Position numbers and translations under genes: made by a program. The notes below the pieces were generated by a model. The model worked only from the letters and a program-made list of their open reading frames with translations, had not been told where the DNA came from and ran no database searches. This document shows, in pieces, positions 44,001 through 53,284 of a stretch of DNA of 64,000 bases. Position 1 is the stretch's first letter. Each line of letters begins with the position of its first letter. Origin of the DNA: a virus. Its lineage: Duplodnaviria > Caudoviricetes. The stretch lies in the IMG/VR virus record IMGVR_UViG_3300025413_001239. One strand, written 5' to 3'.

Positions 44001-45362
44001 TTCATGAACGAATTCACTTCTAGTAATCGAGACATTAGAAGTTCAATTACTAATTTTAATGAATTTACACATAATCATCTTGAAAAGATGTTAAAGAGGA
44101 GAGGATTTAAAAATTATCGTGATTGGTGCAAGGTAACCGCTAAACAACTGGGATACAAGAATGTTAGAGCTTGGAGGTACAGTATAGAAAAAGGCTCTAA
44201 AGTACTTCTATATAATCATAAGATTGTATCAATTGAATGGTTAACTGATTTACAAGATACAGGAACAATCACTGTTGATGGTGAGGAAAAATATCAATCA
44301 ACTCACACATTTGCTTGTGAATCAGGCATTTATGTAAAAAATTCTAATCTAGACCAAATTGCTGATATTGAATACTTACAAAAGAAATTATTTACAGCCT
44401 TAAGGGTACCGAAACCATTCTTAGGTTTTGAAGAAACAACTGGTGATGGTAAGAATTTAGCGTTACAGGATATTCGTTTTTCTAGAACAATCAATAGGAT
44501 TCAACAGGCCATGCTTCAAGAGCTTAATAAGATTGTTATTATACACTTATATTTACTAGGATTTGAAGATGATTTAGATAACTTTACTTTAACACTTAAT
44601 AATCCATCTACACAAGCTGAAATGCTTAAGGTTGAGCATTTACAATTGAAGATGACATTGTTCAAGGATGCTGTATCTGACGCTGGTAATGGCTTTGCTC
44701 CAATGTCAATGACTAGAGCTAAACGAGAAATTCTTGGTTGGGCCGATAATGATATTAAACAAGACCTTCTTGAACAACGTATGGAAAAAGCTGCCGCAGC
44801 TGAATTGGCTAACTCAGCAAATGTTATTAAGCATACTGGTATGTTTGACGTTGTTGATAGACTTTATGGTGATATGAAATTAGCACTTAAGGGTGGTGGA
44901 ACTCCACCAGAAGGTGCTGAAGGTGGTGCTGCTGGTGGTGCTGCTGGTGGTGCCGCTGGCGGTGGAGCTGGTGGCGGCGGTGGATTCGGTGGTGGTGGAA
45001 TTAGCCCAGAAGACTTAGATTTTGGAGCTGAAGGTGGTGAAACGCCAGAAGCTGGTGAGGCTGCTGGTGGTGAGGCTGCTGGTGGTGAAACACCAGCAGC
45101 TGGTGGTGAGGTCGCACCAGAAACGACTGCTGAAGCAATTATTAAAATTGAAAATTTATTAACTGAAAGTAAATCAAAAATTACTAAAAAGTTAAATGAT
45201 AGAACTGAAAAGTATAAAAATAGATTTTTTAATAATTTAATTGATATGGTTGACCATGAGCAAAAACCATTAGATAATGTGAAAATAATTGATAAAAACG
45301 TAAAAATTAATGAAACTGTTAATTCTATGATTAAAGACATTGATGATATGTTAAAAGATTAG
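41025..45362 (+). CDS. gp20: Portal protein (T4 gp20-like) with two inteins
   Basis: MEFYPEIAAALDI, CKYGDNF, EDAMLVYRVTRAPERR, QDYFIP, IDTLPG and DIEYLQKKLFTALRVPK; about 684 aa after removing both inteins. Confidence 0.92.
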   Translation: MAKQNLTIFQKLGQILGPEGVKQKQQLPAQNQPQRYNIGKDVLLKTDDKKAYELAKLQAQQNKYLGQVWKKVEHGLFQQAVNYETTRIGSYSDFESMEFYPEIAAALDIMMEESTTLNGNGRMVNVYSDSVRVKGIIEDLLFNRLDMHTSLPMWTRNTPIREDSIIPLLDGTEITIKELSNRVKNGEEIWSYAIQDVTKAIVPSKIIWCDLTRKDSELYRVTLDDGSYIDTTPDHEYMLRDGSYKRADELTEGQSLMPFYTRKSEKKKDCIVGYEKIYNPSTTKYKFTHSLVAHELSNWKNSKFIEQTKKGMTIEITDDCFDYISTIIKNNENYVGVNKLTKLLRADSNFITLFKENYSLKKDIIKSINPTTLTKVLFRKTNQNYFDFVLSIKPSLVLDKSYIKAKAIYLGKTKSNVLLNHKVVSIIKLSETSDVYCLEAVGPNGEHDRHNFPVLGKDVNGSVSRSSGVFLANCKYGDNFVYLNISDTNGVIGAKQMPNYEMERRDGGLFDMISQRTDEDYKTDKTKYYWRGRDVEFNSWQIAHFRLLGDDRRLPYGTSVLEKARRIWKQLLLSEDAMLVYRVTRAPERRIYKIYVGNIDDKDVEAYVNEIANRFKRTPMVDPQTGQVDLRYNQLSNDQDYFIPVRSEDAPSPIDTLPGACLSLDTRIPLLDGRILELQEIISEWDNGNKDMWVYSVDPQTGASTVGPITWAGVTRKNTQVLKITLDNGKSITTTPDHKFVHRTNGFVEAQNLVIGDSLMPFYTDIAKIKSNSNNGYQRIWDTATQKWVFTHRLVKEILSNTGLIKDFEFDTKYIGTDKKIIHHKDHNRFNNAPNNLVMMNVGDHMKYHQSVIKETIWANPELNKAKITLGVNKFISNLTDEERAIRAKKSRNNSVTTRDKANKTFNGNINKVEIISKRGKAIAEAKSIPEFKEKLSKIAANNWLVDGYKERVFSKKQTLTFSENLYMMFFEMFKQHGKADATLAELNQSIEFMNEFTSSNRDIRSSITNFNEFTHNHLEKMLKRRGFKNYRDWCKVTAKQLGYKNVRAWRYSIEKGSKVLLYNHKIVSIEWLTDLQDTGTITVDGEEKYQSTHTFACESGIYVKNSNLDQIADIEYLQKKLFTALRVPKPFLGFEETTGDGKNLALQDIRFSRTINRIQQAMLQELNKIVIIHLYLLGFEDDLDNFTLTLNNPSTQAEMLKVEHLQLKMTLFKDAVSDAGNGFAPMSMTRAKREILGWADNDIKQDLLEQRMEKAAAAELANSANVIKHTGMFDVVDRLYGDMKLALKGGGTPPEGAEGGAAGGAAGGAAGGGAGGGGGFGGGGISPEDLDFGAEGGETPEAGEAAGGEAAGGETPAAGGEVAPETTAEAIIKIENLLTESKSKITKKLNDRTEKYKNRFFNNLIDMVDHEQKPLDNVKIIDKNVKINETVNSMIKDIDDMLKD
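41499..42443 (+). mobile_element. Portal intein 1 (315 aa), Pro at position 1, class-3-like
   Basis: WTRNT|PIREDSIIPLLDG aligns with CLSLDTRIPLLDG of intein 2; TTPDHEY, VYCLEA and FLAN|CKYGD. Confidence 0.8.
43005..44342 (+). mobile_element. Portal intein 2 (446 aa) with HNH endonuclease
   Basis: TLPGA|CLSLDT, TTPDHKF, THRLV...IHHKDHNRFNN.PNNL and GIYVKN|SNLDQ. Confidence 0.88.
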
Positions 45363-45408
45363 GAGTTTTTTCAAGACAAATAAGATATTTATTATTAAAT
45401 AAAAGAAC

Positions 45409-46179
45409 ATGCAGAATTTTGGTAATATAAAGAATATTTTCAATGATTTGTTAGCTGAGGGCATTTCTAAAAAAGATGTTAAAAGTAAAAAATTATTTAA
45501 AAAATACATTAAGACTATTAAGGAGAGTGAAATTCTAAAGACTCAATTTTTAGTTTATAATAACATTGAAAATAAAGTAGATAATGACGTAATTTCAGCT
45601 AATCTTTTTGTTTCTGAAAATATTAGATTAATGGAAAAATACCCTAAATCAGAAATATTAAAAGAAAACGAAAAATTAGTTAAGTTATTAGGTGAAAATA
45701 TTAACACTAGTGATTATGATTTATCTAAATTACATGAATCATTAACTCAATTAATTTTTACTGAAAGAAAGGCAAAGAATATAGAAAAGATTACATCTGA
45801 GATTAAGAATGTTTCAAATTTTATTGTTTCAAATAAACGTAAAGAAATTAAGGAAAGCATTGATTTACCAATAAGTTTTTTAACCAAATTTATTGTTCAA
45901 AGATACAACGAAAAATACAATACTCTGGACGAATCAGATAAGAAAATGTTAAAAATTATTCTTAATTCAAATTTAGATGAAAAAAAGAAAATCTATGCTG
46001 AAACTGTAAGTGAGTGTATAAGTTTAGTTAATAATTTAATTACTGAATCTGATGAAGAATCAAAGGATAAATTACTTAAGGTTAAGGTTAAACTTGAAGA
46101 AGTTGTTGATATAGACGATAGTAATTTTATTAATAAATTTTCTAAGATAGTTGAACTAAAAAATAATTTAGAAAAGTAA
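45409..46179 (+). CDS. Hypothetical head-module protein
   Basis: 256 aa; ATATTTAT at 45385. Confidence 0.7.
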   Translation: MQNFGNIKNIFNDLLAEGISKKDVKSKKLFKKYIKTIKESEILKTQFLVYNNIENKVDNDVISANLFVSENIRLMEKYPKSEILKENEKLVKLLGENINTSDYDLSKLHESLTQLIFTERKAKNIEKITSEIKNVSNFIVSNKRKEIKESIDLPISFLTKFIVQRYNEKYNTLDESDKKMLKIILNSNLDEKKKIYAETVSECISLVNNLITESDEESKDKLLKVKVKLEEVVDIDDSNFINKFSKIVELKNNLEK

Positions 46180-46192
46180 ATTAAAAACAATT

Positions 46193-46426
46193 ATGGCTTC
46201 TGAAAACATTTATAAATTGAGGGTATTGGTTGAGGAGCTTTCTAGACAAGATGATGAGAGTTTAAAAAGCGAAGAATACAAAGATATACTTAACAATATT
46301 AAATATGTATTTGATATTGAGACCAGTAAAATTAATAATGAGAATGATAAAGAAGATAGGTTAAGATGTTATGAAAAAATGTGTTCCACAATTCAAATAA
46401 TATTAAATAAAATTAAAATTGCTTAA
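46193..46426 (+). CDS. Hypothetical protein
   Basis: 77-aa ORF in operon. Confidence 0.55.
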   Translation: MASENIYKLRVLVEELSRQDDESLKSEEYKDILNNIKYVFDIETSKINNENDKEDRLRCYEKMCSTIQIILNKIKIA

Positions 46427-46429
46427 AAA

Positions 46430-46768
46430 ATGCCAAACGAAGAAACATGGGGTGATTACAGCAAGTTAGTGTTAAGGGAACTTGAAAGACTTAATGATAA
46501 CTATGAAAAAATGAGAGAAGATATTGATTCTCGTTTTAAAGAAATGAATACTGTACTTTCAGAATTTAAAAATACTGAAAAAGTTGTAAATGACCATAAA
46601 ATTTGGATTGAAAAAGTTAATGATGTTTGGTCACCAGCTCAAATGAAAGAAGCTAAAGATGAAATATATGCACAAAAGAATAAGTGGGTGGCTACAATTG
46701 CCGTTATGACATTTTTAGAAATATTAATAGGTGTAATTTTATCACTATGGGGTAAAATTAAATTCTAA
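46430..46768 (+). CDS. Coiled-coil protein with C-terminal TM helix
   Basis: WVATIAVMTFLEILIGVILSLW at the C-terminus. Confidence 0.6.
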   Translation: MPNEETWGDYSKLVLRELERLNDNYEKMREDIDSRFKEMNTVLSEFKNTEKVVNDHKIWIEKVNDVWSPAQMKEAKDEIYAQKNKWVATIAVMTFLEILIGVILSLWGKIKF

Positions 46769-46821
46769 AATTACTTGACCTATTCAATTTTTTTCACTAT
46801 ACTTGTATAAAAATACCAGGT

Positions 46822-47262
46822 ATGAAAAAAGGAAAAGAATTAAAGGTTAACACATTTAAAAATTATAATGTATTTTACGGTAGCGTAAATAACAAAGAAC
46901 CCAAAGCATTATATATTAATATATCTGCTTGGGCTCAACCTGAAGAGGATGATGATATAAATTACTTTAGAGTAATAAGAGATTTAGATAAGAAGATTAG
47001 ACAAACAGTTTATAACGAATTATCTCAAAATTACAATTTATTTTTAAAGGAAAGAACAATTGTTGATTTTGATATAAGAGAGTCTGGGGTTAGATATGGT
47101 AAGCGTAGTTTTACAAATTGTGAGATTACATTATTCATGAAATATGAAACCCCAATTAATTCTGAAGAAATAAAATTAATATTAGAAAATTTAATTAAAA
47201 CGATTATTGAAAATAACTTTGATAATTGTGACAAATTTAAATTTCATAAAAAGAAGAAATAA
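46822..47262 (+). CDS. Hypothetical protein
   Basis: 146-aa ORF. Confidence 0.65.
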   Translation: MKKGKELKVNTFKNYNVFYGSVNNKEPKALYINISAWAQPEEDDDINYFRVIRDLDKKIRQTVYNELSQNYNLFLKERTIVDFDIRESGVRYGKRSFTNCEITLFMKYETPINSEEIKLILENLIKTIIENNFDNCDKFKFHKKKK

Positions 47263-47328
47263 GTAAAGAAACCTCAATTTTTGAGGTTTTTTTTATTTAC
47301 AACCATATTTATTGTAATAAGAATAATT

Positions 47329-48018
47329 ATGGATGTAAAAATATTAAAAGCTGGTGAAAGTGGTTTTGGGGTAATGATTGAACATGACGCTGGGTTCATT
47401 TCACCAACTGATGTTAGAAATCAAAATCTTATTAGAGAATTTAAAAATATGGATATTGGTGATGCCAGTACCATTACCGTATATGTTGTTCTTCAAAAAT
47501 ATGGTGTAAAAAATAGAAATGGTAGAATTTATCCAGAACAAATCCTTAAAACACAAAACGAAATTTATCAACAAGCTATTAGAGAAAGAAGAGCTTTAGG
47601 TGAATTAGACCACCCAGAAACATCTATTATTTCTGGTGATAGAATATCACACAACATTATTGAAACATGGTGGGAAGGTCATACTCTTATGGGTAAGATG
47701 GAAATTCCTATGACTAGAGGTTTTGTAAAATTAGGTATCGTATCAACTAAAGGTGATTTAGTCGCACATTACTTAGAGCATAACTATATGATTGGTGTAT
47801 CATCAAGAGGTGTTGGTTCTTTAAAAGAAGTTAAGGGTGATTTTATCGTACAAGATGATTTCGAACTTATTTGTTGGGATATCGTTACGGCACCGAGCAC
47901 TCCAGGGTCATGGATTTTTAAAGATAAAGCAGAAGCTAGACCTTATGTTGAAAATTTCTCAATAAACAAACCAAAACTTAATGAAACTTTAGATAATTTT
48001 TTATCTGATATTATTTAA
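47329..48018 (+). CDS. gp21: Prohead core protease (T4 gp21-like)
   Basis: KNRNGRIYP, ALGELDHP, RISH, IGVSSRGVGSL and WDIV..PSTPG; ATG 47329 follows the terminator and ATATTTAT. Confidence 0.92.
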   Translation: MDVKILKAGESGFGVMIEHDAGFISPTDVRNQNLIREFKNMDIGDASTITVYVVLQKYGVKNRNGRIYPEQILKTQNEIYQQAIRERRALGELDHPETSIISGDRISHNIIETWWEGHTLMGKMEIPMTRGFVKLGIVSTKGDLVAHYLEHNYMIGVSSRGVGSLKEVKGDFIVQDDFELICWDIVTAPSTPGSWIFKDKAEARPYVENFSINKPKLNETLDNFLSDII

Positions 48019-48114
48019 TTTTTTTTTAAAAAAAATGATTTTTTAAATAATTACACATATTTATAATGTAAGTAGGTAACACTACACAATAAAAGTTAAA
48101 ACAACCCAATTAAA

Positions 48115-49545
48115 ATGGCAGAAAAAAAATCAATTTTAGAAGAGGCTTTATTAGATGTTAAAAAAATCCAAGAAGCTTTAGATGCCAACGCCAAAGAAAT
48201 ACTTCGTTCTTTAACGAAAGAAGAAATTGATGGTATGTTGAAAGAATCACTTGAAGATGAGAGTGATTATGAAGAAGAAACTGTTAGCGATGATGATGAA
48301 TCAACTGAACCAGAAGAAGATGAAGAATCAACTGAAGGTGACGAAGATGAAATTGAAATCGGTGACGAAGATTCTGATGATGATGACGAAGAAGATATTG
48401 ACTCCTTAGAGAATGTTGGCGATGACGACCAAGAAGATGAAATGGACATAGATGATATGTCAGATGAGGATGAAATTGACATGACAGATGCATCTGATGA
48501 TGATGTTATCGCTATTTACAAGAAATTGAGTGGTGATGACGAAATTGAAATCGTAGGTGATGAAATTCACATGAACATTTCTCAACCAGGTGAATACATT
48601 GTTAAAAAAGGAGCTTTAGGTGGTGGAGCAGTAGCTGCAACAGCTGAACCAGAATTTGATGATGAATTTGGTGATGAATTAGATGAAGAAATGGATGAGT
48701 CTGAAGAAGATGAGTCTGAAGAAGATGAGTCTGAAGGTTTAACTTACGAAATCGCAATGGATGACGAAGACACTATGACTGAAGAGGAAGAAGAAGACGA
48801 ATCTATGTACGAATCTGAAGAAGATGACGAAGAAGATGAATCTATGAACGAATCTGAGGAAGATGAATCTATGAACGAATCTGAGGAAGATGATGAGGAA
48901 GAAGAAGATGAATCTATGAACGAATCTGAAGATGATGAGGAAGAAGATGAAACTATGACTGAAGAAGAGGAAGAAGAAGATGAAACAATCGAAGAAAAAA
49001 TTGGTGTTGGTATTGGGATGAGTGTGGGTAATCACCGTAATCCAACTGCGAATACAAAAGCTCCAATGAATCCGAAAGCTAAAAACGAATCTACATCAGC
49101 TAAAAAAGTTCTTTCAGAAACTGAAGTTAAGTACAAAAAGTTATTACAAGAGTCTACACAACTTAAGACTGAAAATGAAGAATTTAGAAAAGCTCTTAAG
49201 AAATTTAGAAATATGTTAGTTGAAACTGTAGTGTTCAATTCTAATTTAAGTTATGTAACTAAATTATTCATGGAACATGCAACAACTAAAGAAGAAAAAC
49301 AAACAATTATAAAAAGATTTGATGAGGAAGTAACTAACCTTAAAGAATCTAAAAAGTTATACAAAACTATTGTTAATGAATTAGGTGCAAGAAAACCTAT
49401 GACAGAATCAGTAGACAGAAAAATAAATAATTTGGTTACCACAAGCACTTCAAAACAATTAAATGAAGCAACAGCTTATGTTGACCCTTCTACTCAAAGA
49501 ATTAAGGATTTAATTTCTAGAGTGGAAAATAAGGATAAATACTAA
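48115..49545 (+). CDS. Prohead scaffold/core protein (very acidic)
   Basis: Position between protease and MCP; long D/E tracts; coiled-coil C-terminus. Confidence 0.8.
   Translation: MAEKKSILEEALLDVKKIQEALDANAKEILRSLTKEEIDGMLKESLEDESDYEEETVSDDDESTEPEEDEESTEGDEDEIEIGDEDSDDDDEEDIDSLENVGDDDQEDEMDIDDMSDEDEIDMTDASDDDVIAIYKKLSGDDEIEIVGDEIHMNISQPGEYIVKKGALGGGAVAATAEPEFDDEFGDELDEEMDESEEDESEEDESEGLTYEIAMDDEDTMTEEEEEDESMYESEEDDEEDESMNESEEDESMNESEEDDEEEEDESMNESEDDEEEDETMTEEEEEEDETIEEKIGVGIGMSVGNHRNPTANTKAPMNPKAKNESTSAKKVLSETEVKYKKLLQESTQLKTENEEFRKALKKFRNMLVETVVFNSNLSYVTKLFMEHATTKEEKQTIIKRFDEEVTNLKESKKLYKTIVNELGARKPMTESVDRKINNLVTTSTSKQLNEATAYVDPSTQRIKDLISRVENKDKY
48694..48933 (+). repeat. Coding tandem repeats in the scaffold (15-bp x3; 27-bp x3)
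   Basis: GATGAGTCTGAAGAA repeats at 48694-48735; GATGAATCTATGAACGAATCTGA.GA. at 48835, 48862 and 48907. Confidence 0.8.
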
Positions 49546-49562
49546 AATAAAATTAAAAAACT

Positions 49563-51503
49563 ATGTCATTATTAACATCAGGACAAGTAGGTAACATCGG
49601 CCTTAACCACATGAAGGCTGTACGTCAAGAAACACAAGCAAAATGGAATTCATTAGGTTTCTTGGAAGGTCTTAAAGGCCACGTAAAAGAAAACATCGCT
49701 CAATTGTATGAGAACCAAGCTTCTATGCTTTTAAGCGAATCAACAACTGCAACATCATCAGGTTCTTTCGAAACTGTAGTGTTCCCAATTGTACGTAGAG
49801 TATTCTCTAAATTATTAGCTAATGATGTAGTATCAGTACAAGCTATGAACATGCCAATCGGTAAATTGTTCTATTTCGTACCACAAACATCAATGCGTCA
49901 AGATGGTAGTAACCCAGGTAACTACGGTAGCGATTACGCAACTGCACTAGGTAATGATACTTATTACACCACTTACTCAGCTCACACTGGTCTTAACGGT
50001 GAACACAATGGTGTAATTACCGCTGCTGCAACTCCAGTTGCTGACGTAGCAAACGCTTACCCAATTACCAAATTTGCTAATAAGAATTTGTATGATATAT
50101 TCTACAATGACGGTTTATTTGATAACTCTAAGGGTACAATGGCTATTAGGACTCTTACAGTTTCATCAATTGGACAAATTTTCACATTTGATAACAATGG
50201 TACCCTTAACGGTGTTACTGGTGCTTCACAAACACTTCCATTAGCTACTGACGGTTCACTTAGACACGCAATTATCGGTTTAAGTGGTTTCTCTGGTGGT
50301 GCTGGTTATCAAGGTAGAGAAGTATTAACAGGTCCAGATGGTAACAACATGGATACTGAATCATTCTTAGCTTCATTGCACATTGTTAACGGTTCTAACG
50401 CAATTTTAGATGCTCAAGGTAACACAATTATCGCTGCTTATTCTGAAATACCTTTCCGTTTAGTAACTCAACAATATGGTAAATCAATTGTACAAAATAC
50501 TGCTAACATATCTGTTTCCAACCAATTTGGTGGTTCAGCTGTTAACGTTCCAAACTTGGTACAACCAGGTGGTATCTTATACATCGAATTAGATTTCAGA
50601 CACCCAGTAGGAACAACAGCTGGTGCTGGTGCTGCTATTACAACTGGTACAACTTACGATGGTTATATCGGTGCTAATATTTCAGTTGCTAGTGGTGTTA
50701 CAAATTTCTCACCAGTAGCTGCTTGGGCTGAATACGCTTCATTAGAGCTTGAAACTGAACTTGGTGAGGTTTCTTTCACACTTAACGAAGTTGTAGTTGC
50801 TGTTGAAGAAAGAAAATTAAGAGCAACATGGTCTCCAGAATTGGCTCAAGACGTTAGTGCATTCCACAACATCGATGCTGAAGCTGAATTGACTGCAATG
50901 TTGTCTGAACAAGTTGCTGCTGAAATTGACCGTGAAATCCTTAGAGATTTACGTAAAGCTGCTGCATGGCAATTACGTTGGGATTACAATGGTTGGAGAA
51001 GAGCTTCTTCATCTGCTAGTCCTTACACACAAAAAGACTGGAACCAAACTCTTATCACAAGAGTAAACCAACTTTCTGCTCAAATCCATAAATCAACTCT
51101 TCGTGGTGGTGCTAACTTCATCGTTGTATCTTCTGAAATTTCTGCAATCTTCGATGATTTAGAATATTTCCACGTAAGTGATGCTAATCCAGAGCAAGAC
51201 CAATATAACATGGGTATCGAAAGAATCGGTACATTAGGTGGACGTTATCAAGTATATCGTGACCCTTATGCTCCAGCTTACTCAGCTATTATCGGTCATA
51301 AAGGTAAATCATTGTTAGATACAGGTTATATCTACGCACCATATGTGCCATTGCAATTAACCCCTACAATGTACAATCCTTTTAACTTCGCTCCAGTTAA
51401 AGGTATCATGACAAGGTATGCGAAAAAAGTTGTGAACAATAGGTTCTATGCTCATTTACGTGTAGACGGTGTTGTAACATTCAATACACAAGAATTAAGA
51501 TAA
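49563..51503 (+). CDS. gp23: Major capsid protein (T4 gp23-like)
   Basis: FPIVRRVF, VSVQAMNMPIGKLFY, RKLRATWSPELAQD, EIDREI, YAPYVP and GIMTRYA. Confidence 0.95.
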   Translation: MSLLTSGQVGNIGLNHMKAVRQETQAKWNSLGFLEGLKGHVKENIAQLYENQASMLLSESTTATSSGSFETVVFPIVRRVFSKLLANDVVSVQAMNMPIGKLFYFVPQTSMRQDGSNPGNYGSDYATALGNDTYYTTYSAHTGLNGEHNGVITAAATPVADVANAYPITKFANKNLYDIFYNDGLFDNSKGTMAIRTLTVSSIGQIFTFDNNGTLNGVTGASQTLPLATDGSLRHAIIGLSGFSGGAGYQGREVLTGPDGNNMDTESFLASLHIVNGSNAILDAQGNTIIAAYSEIPFRLVTQQYGKSIVQNTANISVSNQFGGSAVNVPNLVQPGGILYIELDFRHPVGTTAGAGAAITTGTTYDGYIGANISVASGVTNFSPVAAWAEYASLELETELGEVSFTLNEVVVAVEERKLRATWSPELAQDVSAFHNIDAEAELTAMLSEQVAAEIDREILRDLRKAAAWQLRWDYNGWRRASSSASPYTQKDWNQTLITRVNQLSAQIHKSTLRGGANFIVVSSEISAIFDDLEYFHVSDANPEQDQYNMGIERIGTLGGRYQVYRDPYAPAYSAIIGHKGKSLLDTGYIYAPYVPLQLTPTMYNPFNFAPVKGIMTRYAKKVVNNRFYAHLRVDGVVTFNTQELR

Positions 51504-51526
51504 TAAAAATCTTTAAAATAAAACTT

Positions 51527-51557
51527 AAAACCCTGCACTTATGTGTGGGGTTTTTTG
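51527..51557 (+). terminator. Terminator after MCP
   Basis: AAAACCCTGCAC-TTAT-GTGTGGGGTTTT. Confidence 0.75.
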
Positions 51558-51580
51558 TTTTCTGTTGGATATTTATTTAT

Positions 51581-51919
51581 ATGAAAAGTCTAATAAAAAA
51601 ACTACTTAGGGAATCGTTAAGTGATTATCCATCTAAATGGATGGAAGAAAAAGACCAGAATAACCAAAAAAGAGTATTTATTGAAGACGCTTCGTCTAAA
51701 TTAAACACTTATTTTGGTGAGGTTAATGATTTATTTAAGATTAAAAAAATACAAAGTATTTTAGGTATTATCTTTAATTATAAGACAAGTCACAACGATG
51801 AATTTGAAGAGAATAATGAAGAATTAAGAGATTATAAATTACAACTTGGTAAGTACTTTAAAACAAACGATATTTATACGATAACCGTAATAATAGATAA
51901 CACATTTAATGGAGATTAA
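51581..51919 (+). CDS. Putative internal head protein (KKLLRE leader)
   Basis: MKSLIKKLLRES; ATATTTAT at 51569. Confidence 0.6.
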   Translation: MKSLIKKLLRESLSDYPSKWMEEKDQNNQKRVFIEDASSKLNTYFGEVNDLFKIKKIQSILGIIFNYKTSHNDEFEENNEELRDYKLQLGKYFKTNDIYTITVIIDNTFNGD

Positions 51920-51922
51920 TAT

Positions 51923-52423
51923 ATGAAAAACATTATAAAAAAATTACTTAGAGAAACATTTGAGATTGATGAAATGGATTATCAAAGTTATAAGAAAATG
52001 GACGAATTACAATCGGCTTTAAGTCGTGGTCTTATTGTTAGTGTTGTAACAGTTAAGGATGATGGTACCGTAAGACACATGGCCGCTAAAAAATTCTTAA
52101 GTGCTTATCAAGCTAGTACAGCTGAAAAATCTGAAAAACAAAAGTTTATTAAGCCTAACAATGACATAGAAAAGTTTATCGATATAAACATATATAATGA
52201 CTTAGTTAGAAAGACTGGTGATAAAGCTGATGCAGCAAAAAAAGCGTGGAGAATTATACGTCTTGGTAATGTCCTAGCATTCATGGTTAAGGGTCGTTTA
52301 TATGATATGCGTGAAGAAAATAACATAAAGGAAAGATACGGTGAAGAAATTTATAATTCATTAACGAAATCAATGGTTAATGTTATGAATAGAGACATAA
52401 ATCAACCAATAGAAGGAATATGA
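51923..52423 (+). CDS. Putative internal head protein (KKLLRE leader)
   Basis: MKNIIKKLLRET. Confidence 0.65.
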   Translation: MKNIIKKLLRETFEIDEMDYQSYKKMDELQSALSRGLIVSVVTVKDDGTVRHMAAKKFLSAYQASTAEKSEKQKFIKPNNDIEKFIDINIYNDLVRKTGDKADAAKKAWRIIRLGNVLAFMVKGRLYDMREENNIKERYGEEIYNSLTKSMVNVMNRDINQPIEGI

Positions 52424-53241
52424 AAATAGGTAAAATATTTAATCAATTATTAAAAGAAGAATATAACGGTCATAAATTACTTGGTTATCACGTTACCAGT
52501 GAGGCTAATATTGAATCAATTAGACGCAATGGTTTCTTTGTTGGTAATAGAGCTATGCAAGGTCGTGGTTTTTATTCTTTTTATGAATATGAACGAGCAA
52601 CTGGTTATGGTTGTAAATCTGGTAATTCAACTGCGATTGTTAAATTTTTAGTTACGAGACCAAAATCATTAATATACTTAAATATGGATATTGCTAAACA
52701 AGTTTTAGGTGATAAATACCATTTAATTGACCAAGTAGAAAATTATTATAAATATTATGGTGGGGTTGAATATTTTTTAGAAAATTGTTTAAGTTCTTCA
52801 TATGTTAATGAATACGGTAGAGGTATTGAAAACTTAACTAATTATCTTAATAATATAGAAAATACATACCCTAAACATTTTAGAATTACATTGATTAGTA
52901 GTAGAGAAGATGATAAGTTAAATGTTTTGTATGACGGTGAATATGGTATTGAGATGCGGTTTAATAATGTTAATTTATTAAAACCAATTGGTTTTAATAT
53001 AATTAGTTGTTTAAATGGAAATAATTTAAAAAATGTTGAATTTAGTATATTAGACGATATACCAAATACTGATGAATTTAAACCACTTAGAGATTTTATC
53101 ATCAATCTTAATTTACAAGATGCAACATTTGATATAGTTAAAAATAAACTTGATAAATTGCTTGAAACTATACGTAGCAGTAGGGAATTTAATGAACTAA
53201 ATAAAATATGGGACTTAATATATAAAATAAAAAAAAGCTGA
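52420..53241 (+). CDS. ADP-ribosyltransferase-fold protein, putative capsid cargo
   Basis: GYHVT...IRRNGF...GRGFYS...ATGY, resembling the H-Y-[E] ART/PARP core; QLLKEE leader. Confidence 0.55.
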   Translation: MKIGKIFNQLLKEEYNGHKLLGYHVTSEANIESIRRNGFFVGNRAMQGRGFYSFYEYERATGYGCKSGNSTAIVKFLVTRPKSLIYLNMDIAKQVLGDKYHLIDQVENYYKYYGGVEYFLENCLSSSYVNEYGRGIENLTNYLNNIENTYPKHFRITLISSREDDKLNVLYDGEYGIEMRFNNVNLLKPIGFNIISCLNGNNLKNVEFSILDDIPNTDEFKPLRDFIINLNLQDATFDIVKNKLDKLLETIRSSREFNELNKIWDLIYKIKKS

Positions 53242-53284
53242 GTAAATCTCAGCTTTTTTTATTTACGTTAACTCTAGTTATTTT

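Noticed and set aside
44890-45130. GC-rich GGTGGTGCT repeats as a foreign insertion
   Set aside because: They encode the Gly/Ala/Glu low-complexity tail of the portal, in frame
46430-46768. Holin call for the C-terminal TM protein
   Set aside because: A single TM helix and no adjacent endolysin in the window; insufficient evidence
2452-51580. Track start positions 2452, 5294, 5578, 7930, 13563, 32009, 47281 and 51545
   Set aside because: They fall inside promoters, terminators or upstream genes; downstream ATGs with proper context were used instead
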